Origin: an uncultured Sediminibacterium sp.
GTDB taxonomy: Bacteria; Bacteroidota; Bacteroidia; Chitinophagales; Chitinophagaceae
Length of the DNA: 64,000 bases
NCBI GenBank assembly: GCA_937911175.1
Contig: CALDSE010000028.1
Location: 16,930-80,929, forward strand
Direction: 5' to 3'
Made by a program: the position numbers and the translations under genes. The notes beneath the pieces were generated by a model that was not told where the DNA came from, did not search any database, and saw only the letters and a program-made list of their open reading frames with translations. How positions within the stretch are numbered: position 1 is the first letter of the stretch; every line of letters starts with the position of its first letter. This document shows, piece after piece, positions 53,415-63,244 of the stretch.

Positions 53415-56222
53415 ATGAAAAAAACCAGTGTGCTCAGGCTTCTTATTCTAAATAGCTTACTATTAATGACTTATGTATCCTTTGCTCAAAATATTCAAAT
53501 TGAGGGGACGATAATGGATAGTGCCGCTAAAAGAGCCCTGCCTTATGCTACTATTTCTTTGGTACGCTCACAGGACTCCTCTTTAGTCAGTTTTACTAGA
53601 AGCAATGAGGATGGTTTTTTCAATATTAAGAATGTACCCGCTGGAAAATATTTATTATCTATTTCTTATGTAGGCTATCAACAACAATGGTTTGCTTTTA
53701 AAACAGGCACTACTCCTGTATTGAATCTTAATAATATTTATTTAGAAGATGCTAGTAAAATGTCAACAGTTACTGTTACTGCACGCAGGCCTCCAGTCGT
53801 TATTAATGGCGACTCTATAGAATTCAATGCAGAAAATTTTAAAACACCACCCAATGCAGTGGTAGAAGATTTATTAAAAAAGATGCCAGGCATTGAAGTA
53901 GATAAATCGGGTGGTATTACGGTGAATGGAAAAACGGTGACCAAGGTATTTGTGAATGGAAAAGAATTTTTTACTGGAGATCCTAAAATGGCCACTAAGA
54001 ATTTACCTGCAGATGCAATTGATAAAATACAAGTTTATGATCGTAAATCGGACCAAGCCATGTTTACAGGTATTGATGATGGAACAGAAGAGACGGCGAT
54101 AAATTTAAAAGTAAAGAAAGATAGAAACCAATCCAATTTTGGAAAATTAACAGGAGGCGCAGGCACGCCAAGTAGGTATGATGGACAAGGCAATTGGAAT
54201 AGATTAAATAATGACGAACAATACTCCTTAATAGGAACTGCTAATAATACCAATAGACAAGGGTTTTCAAGTAGAGACATTGCTAATTTTTCTGGCGGTG
54301 GTGGTGGAAGACCAGGCGGGGGCGGTGGTATAACACTTAATTTTGGCGGCGGCGGCGGTACCGACAACAATGCACAAGGAGTGGCTACCACGTTTTCTGG
54401 TGGCGGTAATTATTCGAATTTATTTAATAATAAGAAAACAAATTTCAATGCTAATTTTTCATTGAACGACGTGGAGCGTAATAATAATAGTAATTCATTT
54501 ACACAAAATTTAACGCCAGGTAATTTATTTAACAGAACCTCCAATTCAAGATCTGTTACTAGAAACCAACAACAAAACTATGGTAGCACTCTTGATCAAA
54601 CAGTTTCAGAAACCTTCTCTTATAAGTTTACGCCTAGTATAGGTAGGCAAAATGGGAGTTCTGAGTCTTATGATACTACCGAAACTTTTTTACCTGACGC
54701 TTTTAAAACTAAAACCAATGCGACGCGTTCTGCATCCACTAGTGTAACCGATGCAAGCAATGCGGCTAGTAATTTATTATTAAGAAAAAAGTTTGCAAAA
54801 AAGGGTCGTACCATTTCTTCTACCATTACCAATAGTTATAACGAGTCTAACGCCAAAGGAACTCAATTTACCGATCAATTCATTTACGGAACTGGCGGCG
54901 TCTTGTTAAAAGACTCCATCTTAGACCAACAAAATATTAGAAAAGGCAATACTCTTTCCTATTCAGCCAATGTAGTGTATACCGAGCCCTTGGGTAAAAA
55001 ATCATTACTTGAATTCAATGCTTATTTAAGTCAAAGTATTGGCAAGACAAGTAGAAAGGTATATGATAAGAATGCAGATACGGATGCCTATGATCAATTA
55101 AATAAAAGGCTTACCAATGAATTTAATAGTGAGTACACCTATAGTGGGGGAGGTTTAAATTTTAGAACCAATCAAAAAAAGTATAATTTCTCTACAGGCT
55201 TTAGTTTGCAAAAGGCCCAATTAGTAGGAGAGAATATAAGTGCCAATACAAAATTGAATCAAAACTTTAAGGATATCTTACCAACTGCTACGTATCAATA
55301 CAATTTTTCTCAAACGAAGAACTTGAATATTAATTACCGTACTTCAACCAATCAACCTTCCTTAACGCAGTTACAACCGGTATTGGATCAAAGCAATATC
55401 AATAGACAAACTATTGGTAATCCCGATTTGAAAAGAAGTTATGTACATAATTTAAATATGCGTTTCTTCTCTTCTAAAATTATATCAGGCCGTAATTTCT
55501 TTGCAAATTTGAACGCCTCTACTACCAATAATACGATAGTGAACTATGATAGTGTCTTACCTACTAGAGTTATTTTATCAAAACCTGTGAACGTGAATGG
55601 CGCTTACCGCGTGAATGGTAGTGTAAACTATGGTTTTGGATTAAAGAAAATATATTCAAGAATGAATTTTGGAATAAATGGTGGGTTAAGTAATAATATA
55701 TCTTATGTAAATGCTTTATTAAATACCATTGTTACTAAATCTATTGGACCCTCTTTATCCTATAACTTTCAATTAGATGAAGTTGTTGATATCGATTTTT
55801 CTACTAGGTATTCTTATAGTAATACCAATAACGCCATTAACGCAGGTTTAAATACCAACTTTTTAACAAAGGTGTTTAGTGCCGAGATGAATAATTACCT
55901 GCCTAAAAACTTTTTACTCAATCAAAGCTTTACCTATACTATTAATTCTGGAAGAGCTGCTGGGTTTAATACTTCTATTCCTATTTGGAATGCCAGCTTC
56001 TCTAAGTTTTTCATGAAGAACAAAAAAGCGGAATTAAGAGTGAGTGCCTTTGATTTATTGAATAAAAATGCAGGTATTAGCCGAAACGTATCGCAGAACC
56101 AAATCGTTGACCAACAGTACAATGTAATTAACCAGTACTTCTTAGTAAGCTTTGTATATAGTTTACAAAAGTCGGGTTTGGGCGGCGGTGGTCCTAGAAA
56201 TGTGATGATTCGTATGAATTAA
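53415..56222 (+). CDS. outer membrane beta-barrel family protein (TonB-dependent-receptor-like, CarboxypepD_reg N-domain) with poly-Gly insertions
   Basis: Has a signal peptide and a CarboxypepD_reg-like IEGTIMDSAAKRALPYATISL block. A plug-like region is followed by a long Ser/Asn/Thr-rich barrel. Gly-rich insert GGGGGRPGGGGGITLNFGGGGG. C-terminus is GGGGPRNVMIRMN. Confidence 0.75.
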   Translation: MKKTSVLRLLILNSLLLMTYVSFAQNIQIEGTIMDSAAKRALPYATISLVRSQDSSLVSFTRSNEDGFFNIKNVPAGKYLLSISYVGYQQQWFAFKTGTTPVLNLNNIYLEDASKMSTVTVTARRPPVVINGDSIEFNAENFKTPPNAVVEDLLKKMPGIEVDKSGGITVNGKTVTKVFVNGKEFFTGDPKMATKNLPADAIDKIQVYDRKSDQAMFTGIDDGTEETAINLKVKKDRNQSNFGKLTGGAGTPSRYDGQGNWNRLNNDEQYSLIGTANNTNRQGFSSRDIANFSGGGGGRPGGGGGITLNFGGGGGTDNNAQGVATTFSGGGNYSNLFNNKKTNFNANFSLNDVERNNNSNSFTQNLTPGNLFNRTSNSRSVTRNQQQNYGSTLDQTVSETFSYKFTPSIGRQNGSSESYDTTETFLPDAFKTKTNATRSASTSVTDASNAASNLLLRKKFAKKGRTISSTITNSYNESNAKGTQFTDQFIYGTGGVLLKDSILDQQNIRKGNTLSYSANVVYTEPLGKKSLLEFNAYLSQSIGKTSRKVYDKNADTDAYDQLNKRLTNEFNSEYTYSGGGLNFRTNQKKYNFSTGFSLQKAQLVGENISANTKLNQNFKDILPTATYQYNFSQTKNLNINYRTSTNQPSLTQLQPVLDQSNINRQTIGNPDLKRSYVHNLNMRFFSSKIISGRNFFANLNASTTNNTIVNYDSVLPTRVILSKPVNVNGAYRVNGSVNYGFGLKKIYSRMNFGINGGLSNNISYVNALLNTIVTKSIGPSLSYNFQLDEVVDIDFSTRYSYSNTNNAINAGLNTNFLTKVFSAEMNNYLPKNFLLNQSFTYTINSGRAAGFNTSIPIWNASFSKFFMKNKKAELRVSAFDLLNKNAGISRNVSQNQIVDQQYNVINQYFLVSFVYSLQKSGLGGGGPRNVMIRMN

Positions 56223-56259
56223 TTATCTTTATTAAAATACAATTTTTAAAATAAACAAT

Positions 56260-57084
56260 ATGCGTAAAATATTCTTAGCACTAACAGTAATGCTTGTAGC
56301 TTTTACAAGTGCTTTCGCTCAAGTAAAAGAAGGCAAGCTCATTTTTGAAAGAAAGGTGAACATGCATAAAATGATTACCGATCCTGAAATGAGGGCTCGT
56401 ATTCCTGAGTTTAGAACAGATAAGTTTGAACTTTTATTTAACGAGCAAGCAAGTATGTTTAAAACCATCGTAGAGGAAGAAGCGCCAGACCCATTCGCTA
56501 ATAGCGGTGGCGGTGGTGGAGGGGGTATGCGTTTTGCTTTTAGAATGCCTGAAACAGCCACTTTTACAGATATCCCTAATCAAATGCAATACGAGTCTCG
56601 TTCTTTATTTGAGAAAGAATTTTTAATTGTAGATTCCTTAAAGCCTAATAAATGGAAATTATCGGAAGAAACTAAAACCATCGCAAAGTTTGTTTGTAAA
56701 AAAGCTACTACTATGATTGTCCCACAACAAATGAATATGCGTTTTGGTGGTGGAAGAAATAGAAATAACACAGATACAACAGCCCCTGTAAAACCAAAAG
56801 AAATTGAATTAGTAGTTTGGTATACAGAATCTATTCCTGTGTCAGTGGGTCCTGATGCTTATGCGGGCTTACCTGGTGCTATCTTAGAAGTAGATAGTGA
56901 TAATGGCGGGAATGTTATTACTGCGACTGAGTTTACAGCTAAATATGCTGCTAAAGAATTAAAGCAACCTACTAAAGGAGATAAAATGAATCGTGCTCAA
57001 TTTGCAGAGAGTATGAAAAAAATTATGGAAGACATGCAAAGAGGCGGTGGAATGGGAGGTATGAGAATTAGAATGAATCAATAA
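56260..57084 (+). CDS. GLPGLI family protein
   Basis: Has a signal peptide and the family motif GLPGAILEV. Starts 37 nt downstream of the beta-barrel gene. C-terminus is GGGMGGMRIRMNQ. Confidence 0.8.
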   Translation: MRKIFLALTVMLVAFTSAFAQVKEGKLIFERKVNMHKMITDPEMRARIPEFRTDKFELLFNEQASMFKTIVEEEAPDPFANSGGGGGGGMRFAFRMPETATFTDIPNQMQYESRSLFEKEFLIVDSLKPNKWKLSEETKTIAKFVCKKATTMIVPQQMNMRFGGGRNRNNTDTTAPVKPKEIELVVWYTESIPVSVGPDAYAGLPGAILEVDSDNGGNVITATEFTAKYAAKELKQPTKGDKMNRAQFAESMKKIMEDMQRGGGMGGMRIRMNQ

Positions 57085-57115
57085 ATTTTATACTATCACT
57101 ATACATTGTATGAAT

Positions 57116-57146
57116 AAAATAAGAAGCCCAAAAAGCTTCTTATTTT
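57116..57146. terminator. bidirectional intrinsic terminator
   Basis: 12-bp stem AAAATAAGAAGC / GCTTCTTATTTT with loop CCAAAAA. Lies between convergent genes and overlaps the stop codon of the TonB-dependent receptor gene. Confidence 0.75.
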
Positions 57147-59203
57147 ATTATATACCATTTCCAACCAATGGTAATAGCCCTGGGTTCTCCTAAATAATAA
57201 GAATAAGCGCTGCTTCCTTTTACACTAAAGTTTTTGGTAGCCATGGTAGAATAATAAGTATTGGTAAGGTTTAATACATTCAACCAAATTTCTGATTTCT
57301 TCAATTGAAGTCCAAACCTAGCATTCAATAAATTAAAGCCAGGATAACGCGTAGTATTGGTTTCATCCATATAATAAGCCGATTGGTGTATCCATTCAAG
57401 CGAACTGCGTATTAGTTTAGTAGGCTTCCAGTTAAAAGATATATTATTGAATAAGTTGGGTGCCGCATTCATTTGTTTACCACTTACATCTACGCCTTTA
57501 ATACTGGTATTTAAATATTTATGACGTGTATTAGTACCATTAAGGCTAATTTCCATAGAAGGCGCTAATTGATAGCGTACCTGATATTCAATACCCATAT
57601 GGCTTGTAGCACCCGAGTTTTGATTTAAATTGACGCCATCGGTTTGTCTTACCGAAATAATTTCGTTCTTGCCTTGTAAAGAATAAATAGAAATTTCAGC
57701 GCTTATTTTTTTACTTTGATACCAAGAACCTATTTCTATATTCGAAAAATTTTGAGGTAATAAATAAGGTACTCTAATGGCATTGTATATCTCGGTTATT
57801 TGAGGAGGCACAAAACCTTTGCTATAATTTAAATAACCACCCCATTTTCTTTGGTTATAAGTAAGCCCTAATTTAGGTGTGAACTGTGTAAAATTATTAT
57901 TGGCAGAAGGCGTTCCAATGGGAAGCAGGTTATTAAAAAGGTATTCGAAATTATCGTAGCGCATGGTCATGTTCAAGCGAATAGCTTTATTCAAATTGGC
58001 GATATAATTAAAGTAAATGGCTTTATTACTAATTTGGGTATTGTAATTGGTAATAAGTGAATCCCTAATTGGATAAGTATATTTTGTGAATTTGCCAATG
58101 CTGGTATCTTTTACAATATCTATATAGTTTGCTATTAAATTTTGATTGGTTATATCCCAGTAGCCACCTAACATTATTTTACTGCTTAGCAGTGGAATGC
58201 TCCATATATGTTGAAGGTCTAATACATAGGCATCGAAATGATTACTATTTACCTGGCCTTTAAATTTAGTAGCGTTAGCAGTAGAGGCTATTAAATAGGC
58301 AGGATTTTGGTCCATGGTATTATTTCGATACATGAAATTGAAGGTCGTGTTTGAATGCGTATTCCAGTTGTAGTCAAGGTTTTGTCGAAACCTTAAGGCA
58401 TCAATTTTTCTAAAGGTGAAGCTTTGCTGCGAGCCAAAATTTTTCTGAAAAAATTTAATACTATCTAAGGAGCCTGTCATTTGTGTATAGTAATTAATGT
58501 ATTGAAGGTTTTGATATCCCTTTAATTTTTCGTTGACTCTAAAAGTTCTTTTAACACTTAAGGCTTTTTTATTAAAATCGCTGTACTCGGTAATACCATT
58601 TTTTTGATCCGTGAAAGCAGCACTAATCATCCAGCCACCTGTTTTGGTGGGAGCACCCCAACTTAAATCCAATTTTTTAAAACCTGTATTGGTTATTTGA
58701 GTACTTATAAAAGCATCGGCTTTACTAGGAACGGGGGTAGTTAATATATTCACCACGCCTCCAATAGCTTCAGCACCATAGAGGGCAGAGGCAGGGCCCT
58801 TAATAATTTCAATACTATGAATATTGCTGCTATTCATTTCAATAAGGGCATTGCTGCTAAATAAGCCACTGGTTCTAATGGGCATGCCATCTTCTAAATA
58901 TAAATAAAGACCTTTCAAGGAAATGGGTTGTCTTATGGACATCATATGTTGTTCATTACCAATGGTAGGCATATAGACACCACTTACTTTATTCAATAGA
59001 AAATCAATTCTTTGCGCTTTCGCCTCATCAACAGTTTTGGGAGATAGTATGGAAATGGCCACAGGCGATTCTATTCTTTTCTCTTTCAACTTGTTGGCAG
59101 ATACCACAATAGTGGTCAGCTGGGTATAGCTTGTATCCTGTCCCGTAACAGTGCTGTATGCCAAAACCAAAATTGCCAGCATATTTTTTCTTAAAAAAAC
59201 CAT
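57140..59203 (-). CDS. TonB-dependent receptor (siderophore/small-ligand type)
   Basis: Has a signal peptide, a plug domain (IEIIKGPASALYGAEAIGGVVNI), a 22-strand-size barrel and a C-terminal aromatic-rich strand ITIGWKWYIIK. Confidence 0.85.
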   Translation of the reverse strand: MVFLRKNMLAILVLAYSTVTGQDTSYTQLTTIVVSANKLKEKRIESPVAISILSPKTVDEAKAQRIDFLLNKVSGVYMPTIGNEQHMMSIRQPISLKGLYLYLEDGMPIRTSGLFSSNALIEMNSSNIHSIEIIKGPASALYGAEAIGGVVNILTTPVPSKADAFISTQITNTGFKKLDLSWGAPTKTGGWMISAAFTDQKNGITEYSDFNKKALSVKRTFRVNEKLKGYQNLQYINYYTQMTGSLDSIKFFQKNFGSQQSFTFRKIDALRFRQNLDYNWNTHSNTTFNFMYRNNTMDQNPAYLIASTANATKFKGQVNSNHFDAYVLDLQHIWSIPLLSSKIMLGGYWDITNQNLIANYIDIVKDTSIGKFTKYTYPIRDSLITNYNTQISNKAIYFNYIANLNKAIRLNMTMRYDNFEYLFNNLLPIGTPSANNNFTQFTPKLGLTYNQRKWGGYLNYSKGFVPPQITEIYNAIRVPYLLPQNFSNIEIGSWYQSKKISAEISIYSLQGKNEIISVRQTDGVNLNQNSGATSHMGIEYQVRYQLAPSMEISLNGTNTRHKYLNTSIKGVDVSGKQMNAAPNLFNNISFNWKPTKLIRSSLEWIHQSAYYMDETNTTRYPGFNLLNARFGLQLKKSEIWLNVLNLTNTYYSTMATKNFSVKGSSAYSYYLGEPRAITIGWKWYIIK

Positions 59204-59278
59204 ATTTGCAAATTTAGTAGTTAATTTAGTTATTCAGTTTTTCGTTGAACCTATTTTATCATAATTCAAATTTATCCG

Positions 59279-60580
59279 ATGCGTAAAATTCTATTCCTAC
59301 TCACATTACTATTATTGGTAGGCGCCCCTTTTATAACTGCTACTGCCCAAGTGAAAACGGTGCGAGCGCAAGCAAGTATTGTCAATGAATTATTAGCAGA
59401 TCGTTTTAATAATTTACTACCCACTTTAATGGATCGTGCCAATATGGATTGCTGGGTAATTATAACAAGAGAGTATAATGAAGACCCTATTTTAAGAACC
59501 ATGCTACCAGCGGAGTGGATAGCAGCGCGTCGTAGAACTATGCTAGTGTTTTATAGAAACAAGGAAAAAAATACTACTGAAAAGTTTGCAATAGCCAGGT
59601 ATGCAGTGGGTACAGAAATTGCTGCCGCTTGGGATGTTGCGGCTTTCCCTAATCAGTGGGATGCCTTGGCTGCTTTATTGAGAAAGCTAAACCCAAATAA
59701 AATTGGCATTAATACTTCTGCCGATTATGGACATGCCGATGGCTTAGATCATACAGAGTATCTAGAATTCATGCAAAGCTTAAGTGCAAGCGAGCAAGCA
59801 AAGGTAGTTTCAGCAGAACCTTTAGGGGTAAGTTGGTTAGAAACTAGAACAGAAAAAGAAATGCAATTGTATCCAAGCATATTAAACATTACACATGCTA
59901 TTATTAAGGAAGGTTTTAGTAATAAAGTGATAAAGCCTAATGTAACTACCTCGCAGGATTTAGTTTGGTGGTTTAGACAAAAATTAAGTGACATTGGGCT
60001 TATAACATGGTTTCATCCTTCTATAGAAATTCAAAGAAGAGTAAGTAATGAAAAAGATAATGTGATTAGACCAGGCGATTTTTTACATGTCGATTTTGGA
60101 ATTACTTATTTAAGATTAAATTCAGATGTACAAGAACATGCCTATGTTTTACTGCCTTCAGAAAAAGAAGTACCTGCTACCTTGCAAGCGGCCTTTACTA
60201 AAACGAATCAATTGCAAGATTTTCTAACCAATGAATTCGCATTGGGCAAATCGGGTAATGAAATTTTAAAGCAAGCCTTAACCAATGCGAAGGCTGCTGG
60301 TATTAATCCAAGTATATACACGCATCCTATTGGGTTTCATGGCCATGCAGCAGGCACGACCATTGGCATGTGGGATTTCCAAAATGGTGTACCAGGTTCT
60401 GGCGATTACACGATGAAGGCCAATACCTGTTACTCCATTGAATTAAATGCAACACATACATTAACAGGTTGGGACAAGCCAGTGAAAGTAGCACTAGAAC
60501 AGAATGGTTATTTTAGTGGAACACGATTTGACTATATCGATGGAAGACAAACTAAAATTCATGCTATACAACCGAAATAA
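59279..60580 (+). CDS. M24 family metallopeptidase (Xaa-Pro aminopeptidase-like), secreted
   Basis: Has a signal peptide, a creatinase/prolidase-like N-domain, and pita-bread blocks HVDFGITY and HPIGFHGHAAG. Confidence 0.7.
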   Translation: MRKILFLLTLLLLVGAPFITATAQVKTVRAQASIVNELLADRFNNLLPTLMDRANMDCWVIITREYNEDPILRTMLPAEWIAARRRTMLVFYRNKEKNTTEKFAIARYAVGTEIAAAWDVAAFPNQWDALAALLRKLNPNKIGINTSADYGHADGLDHTEYLEFMQSLSASEQAKVVSAEPLGVSWLETRTEKEMQLYPSILNITHAIIKEGFSNKVIKPNVTTSQDLVWWFRQKLSDIGLITWFHPSIEIQRRVSNEKDNVIRPGDFLHVDFGITYLRLNSDVQEHAYVLLPSEKEVPATLQAAFTKTNQLQDFLTNEFALGKSGNEILKQALTNAKAAGINPSIYTHPIGFHGHAAGTTIGMWDFQNGVPGSGDYTMKANTCYSIELNATHTLTGWDKPVKVALEQNGYFSGTRFDYIDGRQTKIHAIQPK

Positions 60581-60637
60581 ACTTTCTAGTATTAATTTTT
60601 AAAATATATATAATTATTTACTGCCTATTCTAATTAT

Positions 60638-60668
60638 AAAAAAAGCCCCGATTTATCGGGGCTTTTTT
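60638..60668. terminator. bidirectional intrinsic terminator
   Basis: Stem GCCCCGA / TCGGGGC with loop TTTA. A7 upstream and T6 downstream, between convergent genes. Confidence 0.85.
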
Positions 60669-60692
60669 GTAGTAATATTTTGTAGTAATATT
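60667..60692. repeat. 13-bp perfect tandem duplication TTGTAGTAATATT x2
   Basis: Units 60667-60679 and 60680-60692, immediately after the terminator. Confidence 0.85.
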
Positions 60693-60744
60693 TTTAAAAA
60701 AGTATATAAAAATAATTATTACTCATTTAAATTATTATAAACAT

Positions 60745-62457
60745 CTATTTATAAAAATAATGTACAATAAAATAGGTAACAGCTGCCAGTACACCACTTA
60801 CTGGAATAGTTAAAATCCATGCCCATAATAGGTTGGTGGTTACACCCCATCTTACGGCACTTAAACGTTTAGTAGCACCTACTCCAATAATAGATCCTGT
60901 AATGGTATGTGTAGTTGAAACGGGTATACCCATTTGACCTGTAAAAAATAAAGTGAATGCACCCGCTGTTTCAGCAGCTACTCCTTCAAGTGGGGTTACC
61001 TTGGTAATTTTAGAACCCATTGTTTTTATAATTTTCCAACCACCACTCATGGTACCTAAGCCAATAGCTAAATAACAAGAAACTGGAACCCAATCTGGTA
61101 ATTGACTAAAGTCTTGCATGCTTCCATTGGCAATTAGTGCAGCACCAATAATACCCATCACCTTTTGAGCATCATTACCACCATGTCCAATACTGAAGGC
61201 TGCCGAACTAAACAACTGTAATTTTTTAAACATATAAGCAACGGTACGAGCTGTAGGCGTTTTTATTTTCTCTACATACAAATAAATGATCATAAATAAA
61301 ATAGAAGCACCAATAATACCGTATACAATTACTGAATTATCTGCTTTGTCAATTTCACTTCCAAAAGTTTTTTCAATATTGAATTTGGTTATTTTTGCTT
61401 TTACCTTTTCTATATTTTTATCGGCAATAGGGTAAATACTATTTACAATTGTTAAAGCTGAGTCCAGGCTAATAGTACCTTCTAAGTATAATTTTAAAGG
61501 CTCTTTATATTCTTCTGTTTTATCTTTTGCAATAACGTAAATTGCTTTTGCCTCTTTATCTTCTGCCGATTTTGCTTCTACTACTAAAAAATCGTTTGCG
61601 TTTCTAACGTCATCTTTTAATTTGCTAACTGCCACATTTTTTAACCAGCCACTATCTTTTGCAATGCTTGCAATTTTATCCGCTGAGGAATTATCAAAAT
61701 CAGACAAATAGGGTACTAAATTATTATATGAAGCGTTAGCCTTTTCTAATTTTCCTTCATTCAATTGCAAGGCCGATAGCAATTCAGCATTGCCTTGTTT
61801 ATTTTTAAGATCACCTTTAATAGTGGCAATTTCTTTTTGGTATTTATCTATGCTATAGAACTTTTGAACGTTCTCTTTTATTTTAGTGTCTTCAAATTTA
61901 TCAAACAATAGCACAGTACCAGCAGTGGCAATAATTATAATGGCAAACCGCCACCATAAATTCCGCATAATGGTTACCACGGATATAAAAATAGATATTA
62001 TGATACCTATAATGGGCGCTAAGAATATAAATAAAACTGTTTTTATGATTGTGTCGCTGTCTACTATTTTAGCCCAAGAATAATCGATTCCTTTAAGCAT
62101 GAGTGCATGCGCAATAGCTGCACCTGCAAAACCTCCAATTAAAGTATGTGAAGAAGAAGAGGGAATACCATACCACCAAGTAAGTAAGTTCCAGAAAATA
62201 GCTGCGATTAAACCGGAGAAAATAACGGGCAAGGTAATAAAGTCTTTGTAGACGGTTTTACTAATGGAGTTGGCTACTGCATGGTCTTTAAAAATCCAAA
62301 ATGCTACTGAATTAAATAAGGCCGCCCATAATACTGCTTGAAAAGGTGTTAACACCTTGGTAGAAACCACAGTAGCAATAGAATTGGCTGCATCATGAAA
62401 TCCATTGATATAGTCAAATATTAGCGCAAGAGCTATAATGATAATTAATAAAGTCAT
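60745..62457 (-). CDS. inorganic phosphate transporter, PiT family, with about 190-aa hydrophilic central insertion
   Basis: PiT signature DYINGFHDAANSIATVVST, repeated in the second half as GHGGNDAQKVMG. Start ATG 62457 (MTLLIIII...) avoids the overlap with the DUF47 gene that the longer track ORF (62508) creates. Confidence 0.85.
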   Translation of the reverse strand: MTLLIIIIALALIFDYINGFHDAANSIATVVSTKVLTPFQAVLWAALFNSVAFWIFKDHAVANSISKTVYKDFITLPVIFSGLIAAIFWNLLTWWYGIPSSSSHTLIGGFAGAAIAHALMLKGIDYSWAKIVDSDTIIKTVLFIFLAPIIGIIISIFISVVTIMRNLWWRFAIIIIATAGTVLLFDKFEDTKIKENVQKFYSIDKYQKEIATIKGDLKNKQGNAELLSALQLNEGKLEKANASYNNLVPYLSDFDNSSADKIASIAKDSGWLKNVAVSKLKDDVRNANDFLVVEAKSAEDKEAKAIYVIAKDKTEEYKEPLKLYLEGTISLDSALTIVNSIYPIADKNIEKVKAKITKFNIEKTFGSEIDKADNSVIVYGIIGASILFMIIYLYVEKIKTPTARTVAYMFKKLQLFSSAAFSIGHGGNDAQKVMGIIGAALIANGSMQDFSQLPDWVPVSCYLAIGLGTMSGGWKIIKTMGSKITKVTPLEGVAAETAGAFTLFFTGQMGIPVSTTHTITGSIIGVGATKRLSAVRWGVTTNLLWAWILTIPVSGVLAAVTYFIVHYFYK

Positions 62458-62479
62458 CTTGAATAAATTAAGGAATAAA

Positions 62480-63127
62480 TTAAGCGTACTTGATAATAAT
62501 AGATTCAACTACATTGGAAACATCTTCAATTTTATCGGTGGCAATTTCAAGTACTTGATATATTTCTCTTTTCTTAATTACTTCTTTAAAATCGTTCTCC
62601 TGTTCAAATAGTCTTTCAATACTCATGTCAAAAATATCATCTGCCTGATTTTCAATGCTATTCACCTTAATCATGGCTTCAGTCATTTCCTTAATATTAT
62701 TCATATTGCGAAGTCCCAAGACCACTTTTTTAGTTTCTAGTGTACCTTGTAAAATTAATTCTGCTAGTTTGTGTATACCTGTATCGTTAGGGTTTACTTT
62801 ATAAAAATTAATTTTTTTAGCAGAGGCATAGATATAGTCTGCAATATCATCTAGGGAAGAAGCTAAATAGTGAATGTCTTCTCTATCAAATGGAGTTATA
62901 AAGTTTCTACCTAATTCAGTAAAAATAGAATGTGTTAAATCATCGTTCTTATGTTCTAGGTTTTCAATCTGTGCTAAAATATTAGCTCTTACATCGGCAT
63001 CTGGTTCGTTGACCATTTCTTTTAATTTGATGCCCATTTCATGAACATGTTCAGCTACTTCTTCGAATAATTGAAAGAAAACTCTATCCTTTGGCAAGAA
63101 AATTTTCATGATTGAATTGAAGTTCAT
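62480..63127 (-). CDS. DUF47 (TIGR00153, PhoU-like) phosphate transport regulator-related protein
   Basis: 215-aa helical protein. The LPKDRVFFQLFEE start and the pairing directly upstream of a PiT gene are typical of this family. Confidence 0.8.
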   Translation of the reverse strand: MNFNSIMKIFLPKDRVFFQLFEEVAEHVHEMGIKLKEMVNEPDADVRANILAQIENLEHKNDDLTHSIFTELGRNFITPFDREDIHYLASSLDDIADYIYASAKKINFYKVNPNDTGIHKLAELILQGTLETKKVVLGLRNMNNIKEMTEAMIKVNSIENQADDIFDMSIERLFEQENDFKEVIKKREIYQVLEIATDKIEDVSNVVESIIIKYA

Positions 63128-63244
63128 AATAGGCGTTTTATAGGTTTGAATAATGCTTCACAAAAGTCCCCTTTTGAACCCAAAAGGGGTTCAGGCCTAT
63201 ATTACCAAATTGTTACCAAATACAGGGTAGTAGGAATAGGCAAT

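Noticed and set aside
54035-54391. 118-aa Pro-rich minus-strand ORF (PPPPPKLSVIPPPPPGLPPPPPEK)
   Set aside because: It is the antisense mirror of the GGN-codon poly-Gly insert of the plus-strand barrel gene (53415-56222). It has no independent signals.
59204-59278. Possible riboswitch (e.g. cobalamin or TPP) upstream of the TonB-dependent receptor gene
   Set aside because: The leader plus promoter region is only 75 nt and shared with a divergent gene, which is too short for those aptamers. I saw only two copies of the -7-box-like 8-mer TAAATTTG (minus strand).
60667-60692. Short tandem repeats (here and at 4198-4227 and 4766-4793) as a possible CRISPR or minisatellite array
   Set aside because: Each has only two units of 13-15 bp with no spacers, and no cas genes occur in the window. 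They are simple duplications.
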